A stretch of 64,000 nt of DNA from the human T2T-CHM13v2.0 reference genome, Homo sapiens. Position numbers and translations under genes: made by a program. Under the pieces are notes generated by a model, which did not search any database, had not been told where the DNA came from, and was given only the letters and a program-made list of their open reading frames with translations. The stretch lies in the NCBI RefSeq assembly GCF_009914755.1, contig NC_060938.1; one strand, given 5' to 3'. This document shows, piece by piece, positions 47,760 to 64,000 of the stretch (positions within the stretch are counted from its first letter, which is position 1; each line of letters begins with the position of its first letter).

Positions 47760-49729
47760 TTATTAGAAGCCTTTAAGAAATATAGTGGCGAATACAAAAA
47801 TTAGCCGAGCATGGTGGTGCATGCCTGTAGTCCCAGCTACTGGAGAGGCTGAGGCAAGAGAATCGCTTGAACTGGGAGGCAGAGGTTGCAGTGAGCTGAG
47901 ATCATCCTAAATAGTCTGTTCTTCGGAAGACTAATAATGGTTTCTTACCTTGCTATTAATTAAAACTACTTTTTTTTTTTTACAATAAAGATATTAAAAT
48001 GACATTTTAAACAATGCAGAAATGTATAAAATAAAAAAGTAAAAGGTCCTTCTTAAATTCCCAGTTCCCAAGAGTACAACTGTTCAGAGTTCACCGTTAG
48101 TTACTTTCTGTGAGTATGGAGTTTTTTTCTGAGCAAATTATCTTACTAGCACCAGGCCCTATTCATATGCTAGAAGTTATCTTTTGATTTTTTTTGCTTT
48201 ATGAGAGGTCATCTGTCATAGATTTCTGCTAGTTCAGTTGAGAAGCTCTGCCTCCTGTCCTGCCATCCTGCGTATTAGTGTGCTCAGAGTCGGGCACAAA
48301 TGTGGGTTCAAGTAACACTTTCTTTTTTAGCCTTTTAAAAAGTATGAAATACAGTCAATACATAATAGTAGATTAATCCTTATCATTCTTGGGATTGATT
48401 TAGGCTTCTTGACTATACCAATTAGTACCTTTTAATTAGTCTAGGAAAATTCTGAGCCATCATCTATGGCCCACTCTTTCATTTAGTTTTGTGTTTTTCA
48501 TTTTTTTGGTCAGTGTGCTCTGTTCTGGTTAATTTCTGCTAGATCTATCACCTTAAGGTAAAAGCAGCCTTTGGTTGTTTGCCTCCCTTTCTGTGTTCTT
48601 GCCTCATCACAGGCTTTGGCCTGATGTCTCCTTGCTATTTCATCAGCCCTTTGGTGCTTTTAAGGAGAGGTTTGTGTATTTCATCTAACATCTTTAGTTG
48701 ATCTCAGGAAGGAGATTTGTCTGAACAACCCAGTGTATTAACAGAAGTGAGCATTCACAGTGTATGTTATCTCTGGTCCAATTTCTACTTATGCTAAGAA
48801 AAGTACAAAGTTGTACGTATAAGAATGTTTATTGAATTGTTACTTAATCTATGGGAAGTCTTAAGAATCTCCTATATGCCAGTGAACAGAGGATTGGTGA
48901 CTTTGGTCTTTTGTACAAAGGAAGAGTACTGTGCAGCTTTGGAGGTAGGAAGTAGCCGTATGTGTTATTGTGGAAAGAGAGCCATCATCTAATACTTCTG
49001 TTTGGAAAGCACATTAGTTAGTTTATAGATGACTCTGTGTGATGTGATCCTTCTTGTCACACTCACGTACTGGCCCAGGGGCACAGGCAGCAGCCCGGCA
49101 CACCCTGCGTGCTGGGCCTGTAGCGTGCCGGATGGATTACCACTCTTTAGGACTAGCTAGATTACAAATGAATGCCTGAAACTCGAAGTGTCTGTTCTCA
49201 TACTTTTAAGTTCATATGTGAAACTCTCTTTGCTTTCTTTATGCATGGTATCATAATATATTTGGGGCTTTTCTCTGGGCAGTCGGATCAACTATGGCTT
49301 TGGCTATTTATGGAGGTTTGGGCTACTTAGCCACTGACATTTATCAAGGTGTGTTCCAGGGACTGTATGAGACAGCGAGAATATGACAAGTAAAAAAGAC
49401 TTTAACTCTGATCATCTCTGATCATTGTAGAGATGATCATTTAGTCATCCAGTTACACAAATAAATGCTTTTTGGAAATAAGTTATCTGAAAGCCAGCTC
49501 TATGGGGGTGTAAAACAAGGATTTGACTTGGGCTGTGGTGTCAGGAAAGTAACAGTTGAGCTTTGATCTGAAGGGTGAGTGGACCTTACTGAGGCAGTGT
49601 GGGGGTGCAGGGAGGGAAATGTGTGCAGAGGCCTTGTGCTGGGAGGAAGCCTGGTATTCCAGCCCTGAAAGAGGGGCCAGTGCTGCTAGGGAGTAGACAG
49701 TGGGTGTGGGAGGGCTGGGCAGGGTCAGC

Positions 49730-50172
49730 TGGAGGCTAATAGCCTCCTAAAGAGGTCCATGTTCTAATCCCCAGGACCTGTGAATATATCACCTTCATGG
49801 TAAAGGGGTCTTTGCAGATGCAAATTAAGGATCTTGAGATGGGAAGATTTTCCAGGTGGGCCTAATGTCATCACAGGGTTTTTCCTAGAGGGAAGCAGGA
49901 AGATCAGTCAGTAGTAGATGTGACAACAGAAGTCATAGGTTGGAGTGATACAAGGAAGAGGCCATGAGCCAATGCAGGCAGCTTCTCCATGGCTGATAAG
50001 GCAAGGGAATAGATTCTTCTTTACAGAGCCTCCGGAAGGATCCAGCAGCCATGCCAACACCTTGTCCTTCTCATCTTTGAACCTCTGCTTCCAGAACTGT
50101 AAGAGAATAAATGCATGTTTTAAGCCACTAAGTTTGAGGTAAAATGTGACAGCAGCAGTAAAAAACTAACAC
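49730..50172 (+). mobile_element. MaLR LTR (MLT1B/C-like)
   Basis: ttctaatccccaggacctgtgaat...ttccagaactgtaagagaataaat...aagccactaagtttg...gcagcagtaaaaaactaacaca. Confidence 0.75.
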
Positions 50173-50763
50173 ACTTGTATTGGATGAGGTTGGATGAGAT
50201 AGGCAAGACTAGTAATAGGGCCTGTGGGCTGTAACGAAGAGTTTTGGTCTTAATACTCAGAGCAGTGGGAAGGTATGAAAGTTTCCATGCTTTTCTTGGG
50301 ATGACTGTGAAGGGAGGAAGAGGGTGTCATGTGTTTAGATTTGTGTTTTACAAAAAGTGCTTTGGTCATATTTTTGAGAGTTGATTGGAGGGGGCCAGAG
50401 TGGACCTGAGGAGAATTGGAGGCATTGTCCTAGTCCAGGTGAGACTTGATGGTGTCTTTGACAGAGGATGGCAGTGGAGGAGGAGAGCCAGTTGAAGGAC
50501 AAACCGGACAGGAATTGGTGATGCCTTGGACACAGGGTGAGGGAGGAGGCCACAGGAGGCAGAGAGGTGCTGTCCACTTCTTTTTCCTTGAGATGAGGTC
50601 TTGCTATGTTGCCCAGGTAGGCCTTGAACTCCTAGACTCAAGTGATCCTCCAGCCTCAGCTTCCTGAATAGCTGGGACTGTAAACATGTCACCGTCATGT
50701 CTGCTAAATGTTTTGAAGTGTTGAAGTGCCTCTGGAGCACTGAAGAAGTAAGGTCAGGTTATC

Positions 50764-50795
<32 letters not shown>

Positions 50796-50818
50796 ATACA
50801 TACACACACACACACACA
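50764..50818. repeat. (TG)n-(CA)n inverted microsatellite containing a 44-bp perfect palindrome (50775-50818)
   Basis: Centre tatgta|tacata; arms complementary for 22 nt. Confidence 0.92.
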
Positions 50819-52671
50819 GACACAAAGCTATTTCTATGTCTATTTCTATTAAAACCATGAGATTACACTGATGCCTCTAATTCCAGTCCAGTGCCACAGG
50901 TTTCAGCATGAACATTTTGTTATATCCAGTTATAAAATAATTTGATTCAAAACACTTTTGATTTTGGCCTGATACAGGTGTTATTTCACTTATAAGTATT
51001 AAAAATTATTTCTAAATAGAAATCCAAGGACACCCATTCAGTGAATTTCTATCGATTACAGTAGAATCATTTTACATGGTTAAAGATTAATCATTTTTTA
51101 AAAACTGAGATTTATTTGCATTGATAAATGAAATCTTTCCTTACAGTGTGAGCCTAGTTCTAGGTTGTCGACTCCTGAAGGGTTCTGTTGCTTTCACACA
51201 ACAATTTGAATTTGTCCTGGGATACAGTCTTTAGATTGTAGTTAAATTCCACAGTGCTGCCTCCTTTTAAATGTGGTGATATATTTAGTGGCTGTTTTCA
51301 TCCTCCTTTTAGCTTTTCTTCTGGTTTTAAGAGAATGGCCTATGTGGAATGTCTAATAACCGAAAGAGAAACATTATTCTTCCTTCAAGTTAATTTTGTA
51401 TTCAGAATACTAGTCCATATTTGGAGAAAGTCATATATAATTATCTATTTGGAAGATTTAATTTTATGGTTACATCAGTAATCCAGTAATTAAAATTATT
51501 TTCTGTAATATATAGTGTGTAGATTTGAAGATAAGTCTTAAGTTCACCATGTGAGCTGACATACTTACCAGTTAAAATTCCTTACATGCTGTTTAGAACC
51601 TCTAGGTGCTGAACTTTTTGGTTAGATTTCATATTTGGTTGATGGTGATATAGTGATATGTCTTAGTGAAGAGAACTAGCAATTTTTATGGCTTCCAGTT
51701 TTCCCCAGTTCATGTAAAACATTGTGTTGTTAATCATGTAGGATAAAGAGACAGCAAGAAAATAAGAATAGTCAATTTTAAGGTTGAGCTGGTCCTCATG
51801 CCGTTTTTGGATTTTTGCTTTGTTGTATGTAGTTTGTTGATTTGCCTTAAATTATCCGTGATGGATTTCCTTCTTATTCTGTTGCTGATGCAAAGGTGCG
51901 AGAGCCACACAGCTGGGAACATTTCTGCTGTTTGGTTTCCTGTCTGCCCTTTGGCAGTGTACGCGGAGGCAGGACTTGATTTGTGCTGGGTCTGCTTCAG
52001 CCAGTGACCTAAAAACGTCAGCTTGTGTTTTGCGTTACATGGAGAAGGGGCTATGGTATAGACAGTACCGTTAGGACTTCTGGCATTTTTTCTTGTAAAA
52101 TTTCTGTCTTTAAGTAGCAGTCTTCAAAATGCATGTAATCAAGTAATGTAAGCCAATATTGTCTAAGTAACAGGGCTTGTTTAGCGGCATGTGAGCCAGG
52201 GCTTGAAGTCTTTTAGCAAAACGAACGTGGCTGCAGCCTTTTTCGTCTTTCTAAAAGAATCTTTGTCACCTTCTTTCCCCTTTGAGTAGCTCTTCCTCAG
52301 CTTCTTACTCCCACCCTGTTCCTCACTAGAATACTTGCCTCTCCCTTTGTCTGCATGCTGTGTCTGGGCTCAGGGCCTTCTTTCTCTCAGTCCAGTTCAC
52401 AAGGGCCATGGGGATTCTCTTCCCCTTCTTTCATTATGTTCAAGAAGGCCTAGGTATATTAACTGGGAAAACAAGAAGGCATCAGTAATTACCATAGCAC
52501 TGAGAAGAGGAATGGAAGGAAAGTGAGACGTGATAATGGAAAGAAAATCCCTGTTTTAGTAAACTTGGCAATCACTAGTTAGGCTGATTAGAAGATTAAA
52601 AAGCCATAGGTCAGGCGTGGTGGCTCATGCCTGTAATCTCAGCAATTTGAGAGGCCGAGATCAGGAGTTCA

Positions 52672-52984
<313 letters not shown>

Positions 52985-53799
52985 CTATTTTTGCTTTGAG
53001 AAAGTATGACAGATCTGGTTCCTCTGTTTATATAATTGAGAACAGGGACCACGTAACTTTGATTCAAATGTGGGAAAATAGCCACATTTTAATTACATGT
53101 TATTAGACCAGTTAGGAAAATGGGAATATATGTAGGGAAAAGATGTAGGAAAACAAGAGAGAAGCCTGGTTGTGTGTTTTATTAGGAAAGGCCGAGGGTG
53201 ACACAGCAGGAGATGCTGGTCAGAAACAAGGGGCTGATAGGAAGGGAAGGTGAGTCGTGGGGTAAGGGAATGAGTGCGGTGCTAAATTTGGCTAAGAGTT
53301 TATTTTGGAAGTAAAACTTATTTCCCAGCAAAAGTTTGTCTTCCGTGAGTTTTGATGATTTGCCAGTTTGTCAAGTGATGACCAGAGGTTTAGAATTTGT
53401 AGTGCAGCCAGAGAGCAGGGCATGTTTTTACAAGAGGGCAGAGAAGTGTGCCTGGTCAGAGCTCTGTGTCATGTATCCTGAGCAGAGGCAAGCTGCCTGC
53501 TTTCCTGATACCTGTATTTCATAAATTGTTTGATTTATTTATTGCTATGACTGATGTATTTTAGTAGCAGGGAATGCACACTTAAATTGATGCATTCTGT
53601 TGAAATTTCAAGGAAAAGTTTTCTCTTTAACTGTTTTGGTACCACTGAATCAGCAATGAGTGCGTGTTTTACAGGCCTGTTTTAGAAGGCAGTGCTGAGC
53701 TTGCAATATTGGTGGCTGTGATGGAGGGATAGAATGTTCTCAGTTTGCTTTTATACAAGATTAATAGTGGGCTGCTAAGGGAAGTTTCTTAAGAAATTA

Positions 53800-54225
53800 A
53801 ACTTTTTATTTTAGATTCGGGGGTGCATGTTCAGGTTTGTTACAAGAGTATATTGGGTGATGCTGAGGTTTGGGCTTCCACTGATCCCATCACCTGTATA
53901 GTGAACACAGTACCCAGTAGGAAGTTTTTCAGCCCTTGCCCCTCCCTCCCTCTTCTTCTTGGAGTCCCTAGTGTCTGTTATTCCCATCTTTATGTTCGTG
54001 TGTACCCAAGGTTTAGCTCCCAGTTGTGAGAACATTTAATATTTGGTTTTCTGTTTCTGTGTTAATTTGCTTAGATGGCCTCCAGCTACATCCATGTTGC
54101 TTGCTGCAAAGGACATGATTTCATTCTTTTTTATGGCTGCATATTATTCCATGGTGTATATGTACCATGTTTTCTTTATCCAATCCACCATTGATGGATA
54201 CCTATGTTCGTTCCATGTCTTTGGT
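53800..54225 (-). mobile_element. L1PA/L1PB-type 3' end fragment
   Basis: gctgcaaaggacatgatttcattcttttttatggctgc...tattccatggtgtatatgtacca is an L1 3' UTR motif. Confidence 0.8.
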
Positions 54226-54273
54226 ATTGCCCTGATGGCAGTTTTAGCCTGTAGAAAATGTATTTTTGTATTT

Positions 54274-54275
<2 letters not shown>

Positions 54276-54305
<30 letters not shown>
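54276..54305. repeat. (TG)n microsatellite ~85 nt upstream of the TDRD9 exon 3 acceptor
   Basis: Read directly. Confidence 0.93.
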
Positions 54306-54308
<3 letters not shown>

Positions 54309-54390
54309 CTGTATCTATAGATTAGAACATTGAGTTATCTTTTTCCAGATAAGAAATGGCATTGTATTTGTTTGTTTTGCCTTAATCCAG

Positions 54391-54488
54391 GTCCAAGGCC
54401 ATCTTTGGCTAAATTAAGCAGTGTGACGTGCATCCCAGGGACAACTTATAAATATCCTGATTTGCCTATAAGTCGATACAAGGAAGAG
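54391..54488 (+). CDS. TDRD9: TDRD9 coding exon 3 (GPRPSLAKLSSVTCIPGTTYKYPDLPISRYKEE)
   Basis: ttaatccag| acceptor, GAG|gtaaaa donor; 98 nt; LPI motif typical just upstream of DEAH/RHA helicase cores. Confidence 0.94.
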
Positions 54489-55779
54489 GTAAAATTGTTT
54501 TGTTATACTGTAATTTTGCTGTTTGAATACATGTCTGAGGCCCAATACTTTTGGTTTCTAATTTGAAAGTTACCAGTTGCCAGGTGAACACTTCTGTGGT
54601 GTACAAGGTTCTGTGGTGGATAAGAGGAGGGTGTGCTCAGGCCAACCTGCAGATGATTTTGTGTAGTAACCATATCGATGGCTTTTCTTTTGATCTGTGC
54701 TTTAATTTCTTTAGTCTTCGCCTGAGTACATCTTCTAACATTTAGTTTATCTAGTCTTTCCTTCCTCAAAATATCTGCAAGTAAACACTTAGTCTTCCCC
54801 AGGAGAGCTTCTTGTTTAAATAAACTCACTGCTAAATGTTTTTATGAAGCAAATGACATACCCTAGCATTTCCACTGGGTTTTCTTTACAGCGTTGGCCC
54901 TTTCTCTGCCTGTTGATTAATGTAATCAATCATTGACATACCATTGTATTAACAATGCCAGGCAGATGTAACAGTAGGACGATTAAGTTCCTAATTACTT
55001 GCGTGTTATTAAGCATCGTTAAGAGTAAGCGTATCGGAACCTTTATTAACTGGAAGAAGGAGTTACAGATAAAACTAGAAATGTTTCAAATTTAATTTTT
55101 ACTTTGCTTTAGAGTAAATCATGCAACTAAAAATTAGAGGCCAGTATTCAAATTAATTTGTATTTCCTGACCATATCAATTGTTAGAAGGATAAGAGCTT
55201 AAATAAGTTTAGAGTGGAGGTCGGGGAGTTCTGGAGGAGGAATTTGAGTGGAGTTTTAAAAATGCTGCATATAATCTGTAAGTGGAAAAGTGGAAGTTAC
55301 TTGTTTCCAAATATGTCTGGAGGTGGGAGGATCACTTGAGGCCAGGAGTTCCAGACCAGCCTGGGCAACATAGCAAGACCTCATCTCTACAAAACACACC
55401 CCCCAAAATTAGTGGAATATGGTGGCACGTGCCTGTGGTCCTGGCTTGGGATGCTGAGGTGGCAGGATGGCTTGAGCTTAGGAGGTCAAAGCTGCAGTGA
55501 GCCATGATTGTGCCACTGCACTCCAGCCTGGGTGACAGAGCTAGAGCCTGTGTCTAAAAATAAATAAACAGATATTTAATAGATAAAAATATGTCTGAAG
55601 AATTTAAGATGACATTTTAAAACCACTTGAATGTAGTAACAGCTCTTTTTCTCATGTTCAGTAGAATTATTTGCAGATTCATTACAAAATGTTAATAGAA
55701 ACTTGGGAAGAGTCATAGAAATCTAATTTTACATTTTCATTTTTACAGAAGCAGTTGAGACCCAGGAAGCTGGAGTTAA

Positions 55780-56115
<336 letters not shown>

Positions 56116-56318
56116 TGAGCCACCTGTGCCCAGCCACTAATTACTGTTAAATAGGTAGTAGAGTTGCATTTAAGTGTGGCAACCGTTTGTCGCCTCCTTG
56201 CTCTCTTGTGTTGTGTTTAGAATGGTTAATTAATAACTTTAAGCAATTTGGGAAATTGCTGGTAATCCCAGCAATTTGGGAGGCTGAGGCAGGCGGATCA
56301 CTTGATGTCAGGAGTTCA

Positions 56319-56543
<225 letters not shown>

Positions 56544-56644
56544 TTAAGATGAAAGAAAAATAAATCCTGAAAGACTTCTTAATATAGGTGATACTTTACA
56601 TTGCCATTTTGTGCTGATTTTGAAAGAATTTTTTAAATTTCTAG

Positions 56645-56866
56645 GTTGTGTCTTTGATAGAAAGTAATTCCGTGGTGATTATCCATGGGGCCACGGGAAG
56701 CGGTAAAAGCACTCAGCTCCCGCAGTATATCTTGGACCACTACGTTCAGCGCTCCGCCTACTGCAGCATTGTGGTCACCCAGCCCCGGAAGATAGGGGCA
56801 AGCAGCATCGCCAGGTGGATCAGTAAAGAGCGTGCCTGGACCCTGGGAGGTGTGGTGGGCTACCAG
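56645..56866 (+). CDS. TDRD9: TDRD9 coding exon 4: Walker A (GATGSGKST) and motif Ia (TQPRKIGA)
   Basis: ttctag| acceptor, CAG|gtgaga donor; 222 nt; DEAH/RHA-family helicase motifs. Confidence 0.97.
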
Positions 56867-57037
56867 GTGAGACTGGGAGGGAGGGAGGGACTAAGAGAGC
56901 CAGCTGTCTCTCTATTCCTTAATTTTATTAAGTTTTTTTCTGTGTAAGTTGATAGTATGTGACCATTTTCTGCTGAAAATTAGTTGTGTCTCATGCCTGT
57001 AATCCCAGCACTTTGGGAGACCGAGGCAGGCGGATCA

Positions 57038-57420
<383 letters not shown>

Positions 57421-57423
57421 TCA

Positions 57424-57738
<315 letters not shown>

Positions 57739-58019
57739 TTATCTTTTTAATTATATCTGTAATCTAGAAGATGTCTTGATACACAATTGTTTTAACATAA
57801 AAATGTTATAGCAGTGTGATTAGATGAGCCAACCCCTGCCGCCCTCCCCCCAAAAAAGAAGAAAATAATTGACTTGAGAATGTCACTTTAATTTGGAGCC
57901 TGTGTATCTTTCGAAATACCTTAATTTTTCATTCCCTTTCTTACCCCCATTATATTAATAAAATGGACATAACTTTTTTTTTCTCTTTTTTCCTTTCCTT
58001 TTTCCTTCTCCAATTTTAG

Positions 58020-58142
58020 GTAGGGCTAGAGAAAATAGCAACAGAGGACACCAGGCTAATTTATATGACAACTGGAGTCCTGCTTCAGAAAATAGTTAGT
58101 GCCAAGAGTTTGATGGAATTCACACATATCATCATTGATGAA
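58020..58142 (+). CDS. TDRD9: TDRD9 coding exon 5 (VGLEKIATEDTRLIYMTTGVLLQKIVSAKSLMEFTHIIIDE)
   Basis: Long pyrimidine tract then ttag|, GAA|gtaagt donor; 123 nt; motif Ib and the first half of DEVH. Confidence 0.96.
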
Positions 58143-58512
58143 GTAAGTGATGTCATCTACTTGTAAAGGTCATATTTATCTCTCTTAAAAAAACTCTCAG
58201 AGTATTGTGAACCCTGTCTTTGTGCCTGTCTCAGCTTTCTTTATTTTTTCCTTCCCCTTTACTTTCTGGACTTTTCTCAGTAAGGATGGAATGTTTTTTG
58301 ATTTTGTTTATATTTTAAACATGAGTTTTTTGGTGGGGAATGTTGTGTTTGAATAACTTTCCCAAGAACTTTGGTACTGGTTCTTAAACTCTTGTGTTTT
58401 AAACCTTATCAGTAATTCTGTTTGGGAAGCTTGACTTATTTCTAGAGGAATTAGACACATCAGCAAATAAATAGGATTTGTGAGAGGTTGTGAGACAAGG
58501 GTAGGGTGTTTA

Positions 58513-58976
<464 letters not shown>

Positions 58977-59945
58977 TTATGTACAGGCACTTGGTTTTAA
59001 ATTATTGTAGGGCATTTGGTGGGAGAGTAGGAGAGGGTGAAAATGATCTACTGTTTCTTACAAAATAGGGTGATATATAATACGGTTCAGAATTTTTCTT
59101 TATGACTTATGGTAGTTTTGAATATCTTTATAGTAGGTAGAGACAAATTCAGATTTAATAGATAATATGCCAAAAGATGGCATTATGAAGGTTGTAATAG
59201 TTATTCATTGGGCTTTTTAGTATAATTGAGCCCACTTTACATAAAAGGAAACTAAAGTTTAAGGAAGTTCAGTGCTCAGGCCACAAGTAATTAGTGATGT
59301 TGCTGGGTTCATCCCTGGGTAGTTTACTCTAGAGGCTGTGGTGCTGGTGCCTACATTTATTTTCTGTGTGTCTGACATATTTCTCTGCCTACGTGGCCTT
59401 TGCACACCCATACTTGAGTGACACAGATAAATCCATCAATGCTGTGTTACTGACTATATCCTTTTCTCAAGCTCTGCCTTAATAGCTGAGCAAAAGTTAG
59501 CTCCTCTCTTCGAGAGCTTGCCCTACTGGGGAGCGGTAACCAACAGAAGACCATCGCGCCATCACGGCAGCTTCCTGCTCTGCCTCTGTCTGGTGCGGTG
59601 TCAGCACCTTGTAGATGCCCCAGGGATTATTTGCTTCATAAATGAATGGACTGGATTCAACTACCTGAAGTTTTAGGTTTACATATAGTATCGTTTGCAT
59701 TATCTGGGATTATTTGAATTTCAAAACAAATACAAGAACAAAAGTTGAAGATAGCCAGCCAGTTTAAAATGGAATAATGTTTTAAACTTTCCAGCTCTTA
59801 AGGATAAAGTAGCTTGGGCCGGGCACGGTGGCTCACACCTGTAATCCCAGCACTTTGGGAGGCCGAGGTGGGCGGATCACGAGGATTTGTGAGATCAGGA
59901 GATCGAGACCATCCTGGCTAACATGGTGAAACCCCATCTCTACTA

Positions 59946-60232
<287 letters not shown>

Positions 60233-60258
60233 TCAGGAGATTGAGACCATCTTGGCTA

Positions 60259-60423
<165 letters not shown>

Positions 60424-61886
60424 CTACAGAATAAGACTCTGTGTAAAAAAAAAAAAGCAAAAAAAAAAACCCCCAAAAAAAACTAGCTTTAAGCAAATCA
60501 TTCATTCAATAAACTTTTTTTTTTTTTTTGAGTACTGCTATGGAAAAGGTGCCTCCTAAGGGGCTGAGGTTATAAAGATGAGTACTAGGGAGACCCATCT
60601 GCTGATGTGTGTATGTTTATGTGTTAGAAAGGCTGGTGTAGGGATCCTGGAGCCAGTGGGTTGCGGGGCAGAGGGAAGATGATGGGTGTGTGAACTCAGA
60701 AGAGACTGCCACAAGCTGAGGAGAGCTCACTTTGGGGCTTTTTGCTGATGATAGCCTTGATTTTTCTTCTCAAGTAAAAGAGAGGATGTTTGTGCTGAGG
60801 AAATGTTCTGAAGTCAAGTGACAGCATGAGATTTATGATGATGTTAAATACCTTTTAGCTACTGATTTTTGTTTTTCTTTTCTCTATGCTACTTCTCTAG
60901 ACATCTCCTTCAGTGGGAAGTTCAGAAGATAGTAGGGCCTGGAATAGAATTACTTACAGAATAAATCCTTACACCTCTTACACTGAGGAAAGGAGAACTC
61001 CCTCTTTGAAACTTAGTAATTATCTCTCCACTTCGGCTGAGAAATGTCCCAGAATAGAATCTTACCGTCCCCTTGTACATTGATGTTTCCTAAGTTCTAG
61101 AGTAACTGGCTTCTTTAGAACAGTAGCAGGCTGCCTAGCCCTTGGGTGCTAGCTGGTTCTGGGGTGGGGCGGGGTGGGGGGGCTGTGGGTCCTGGGGTGG
61201 CTCTGACTGTGAGGTCTCTGTCTGAGGAGGGCTGCAAGGTCTGTCTGAGGTGCTGCCTCCCTGACTGCTGTCCCCGAGTGTCAGTGCTACTGACCTCGGG
61301 TCCTAACCTTGCTCTGGTTTACCTGTTTGTGACTGACCCAGCTTTTCCAGGACCAGCCCTTGCCCACCCTTGTGAGCTGCAGTTATGCACATCATGGAAT
61401 GTGTCCTGTAGGGGTCACATGGCTCCCGGTCAGTGTTAGACTGGCACATCTTCTTCCCTGTGCTTGCTTGCTCAGATGACAGTGTACCTGCAGGCCTGGC
61501 AGGGGTTGTGGCAAGGAGGGGCCATGGGAGGCTGGCCCAGTGGTTCTCTGTGCTTGAGGTAGGTGGAGAGGTTTCTGGTTGTCACAGTGACCTTGGGCAC
61601 AGTTGGCAGTAAATGAGCAGGGGCGAGGGTGCAGAACATTACTCTGCCGTCTCTCAGGGGGCCCTAAGGAGAAACACTGGGGGCCGTGACTGAGTGGGTG
61701 GTCTGTGGTCTGTTGGCCGATGCTCTTTGCTTCCTCTTAACCAGGAGTGATACTAGCCCCCTGAGGAACTGCATTTAGCAGAGAGAACTGGTTTAGTCCC
61801 CAGTCCCCCAGTGGTGCCTTTCTGTCAGCAGTGTCATGTGTGTTGCCTGATGCCATGTGGGGGGTGCCCCCTTTTTTATTTTGTAG

Positions 61887-61967
61887 GTACACGAACGAAC
61901 AGAAGAAATGGATTTCCTGCTATTGGTAGTCCGCAAACTCTTAAGAACAAATTCACGTTTTGTGAAG
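61887..61967 (+). CDS. TDRD9: TDRD9 coding exon 6 (VHERTEEMDFLLLVVRKLLRTNSRFVK); gene continues beyond the window
   Basis: ttttgtag| acceptor, AAG|gtaaat donor; 81 nt; completes the DE|VHER Walker B motif. Confidence 0.96.
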
Positions 61968-62059
61968 GTAAATTTGATTTCATGAGTAACAGACATATTT
62001 AGGATTAAGATTCATTGTTTAGTTTTGTTTCTCTCTATAGTCTGTTGGTGTCTATAGAG

Positions 62060-63776
<1,717 letters not shown>

Positions 63777-64000
63777 TTAACTGAAAGTTGATGGGAATGA
63801 TAAATATCATTTACTTCTTATTTGAACAAAAAGGAAGAAGGTGTGAACTAGGCCAAAATGGCGAAGGGTTTAGAATAATTGTGCAGTCTAAATAAGTCTA
63901 CTCATAGGTCGACCTTAACCCAGCTGTGCTAAGCAGAGGTCTGTGGGAAACAGCTTGATAAAAGGCCGCATGGTTGGGTTATTCAGTTATTCTATGATGG

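Overview
Human-type (primate), Alu-dense genomic DNA, recognised from the encoded proteins as the ATP5MJ-TDRD9-RD3L locus (chr14q32 by recall). Minus strand: the complete ATP5MJ gene (C14orf2/MP68/ATP5MPL, 58-aa 6.8PL subunit of mitochondrial ATP synthase), with non-coding exon 1 ending at 12781 and CDS exons 6500-6377, 5279-5256 and 3989-3961. Plus strand: the 5' part of TDRD9 (piRNA-pathway DExH helicase/Tudor protein), coding exons 1-6 (282 codons), starting in a CpG island about 7 kb from the ATP5MJ promoter. RD3L (198 aa) is nested antisense in the 27-kb TDRD9 intron 1. The rest is mostly Alu, L1M, LTR, DNA-transposon relics and microsatellites, and most ORF-track entries are Alu or CpG-island shadows. 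I find no convincing new protein-coding system. The most unusual structures are: (1) a nested retrotransposition stack at 37.7-43.9 kb (L1 > polyadenylated 3'UTR-like retrocopy > LTR-terminated second retrocopy > Alus), with visible target-site duplications; (2) an Alu flanked by a ~330-bp direct duplication that itself contains a whole Alu; (3) regulatory and splicing signals: a TDRD9 uORF with A-MYB/E2F6 motifs, a muscle-type RD3L promoter, and alternative ATP5MJ exons. Repeat boundaries and family names are by eye and approximate.
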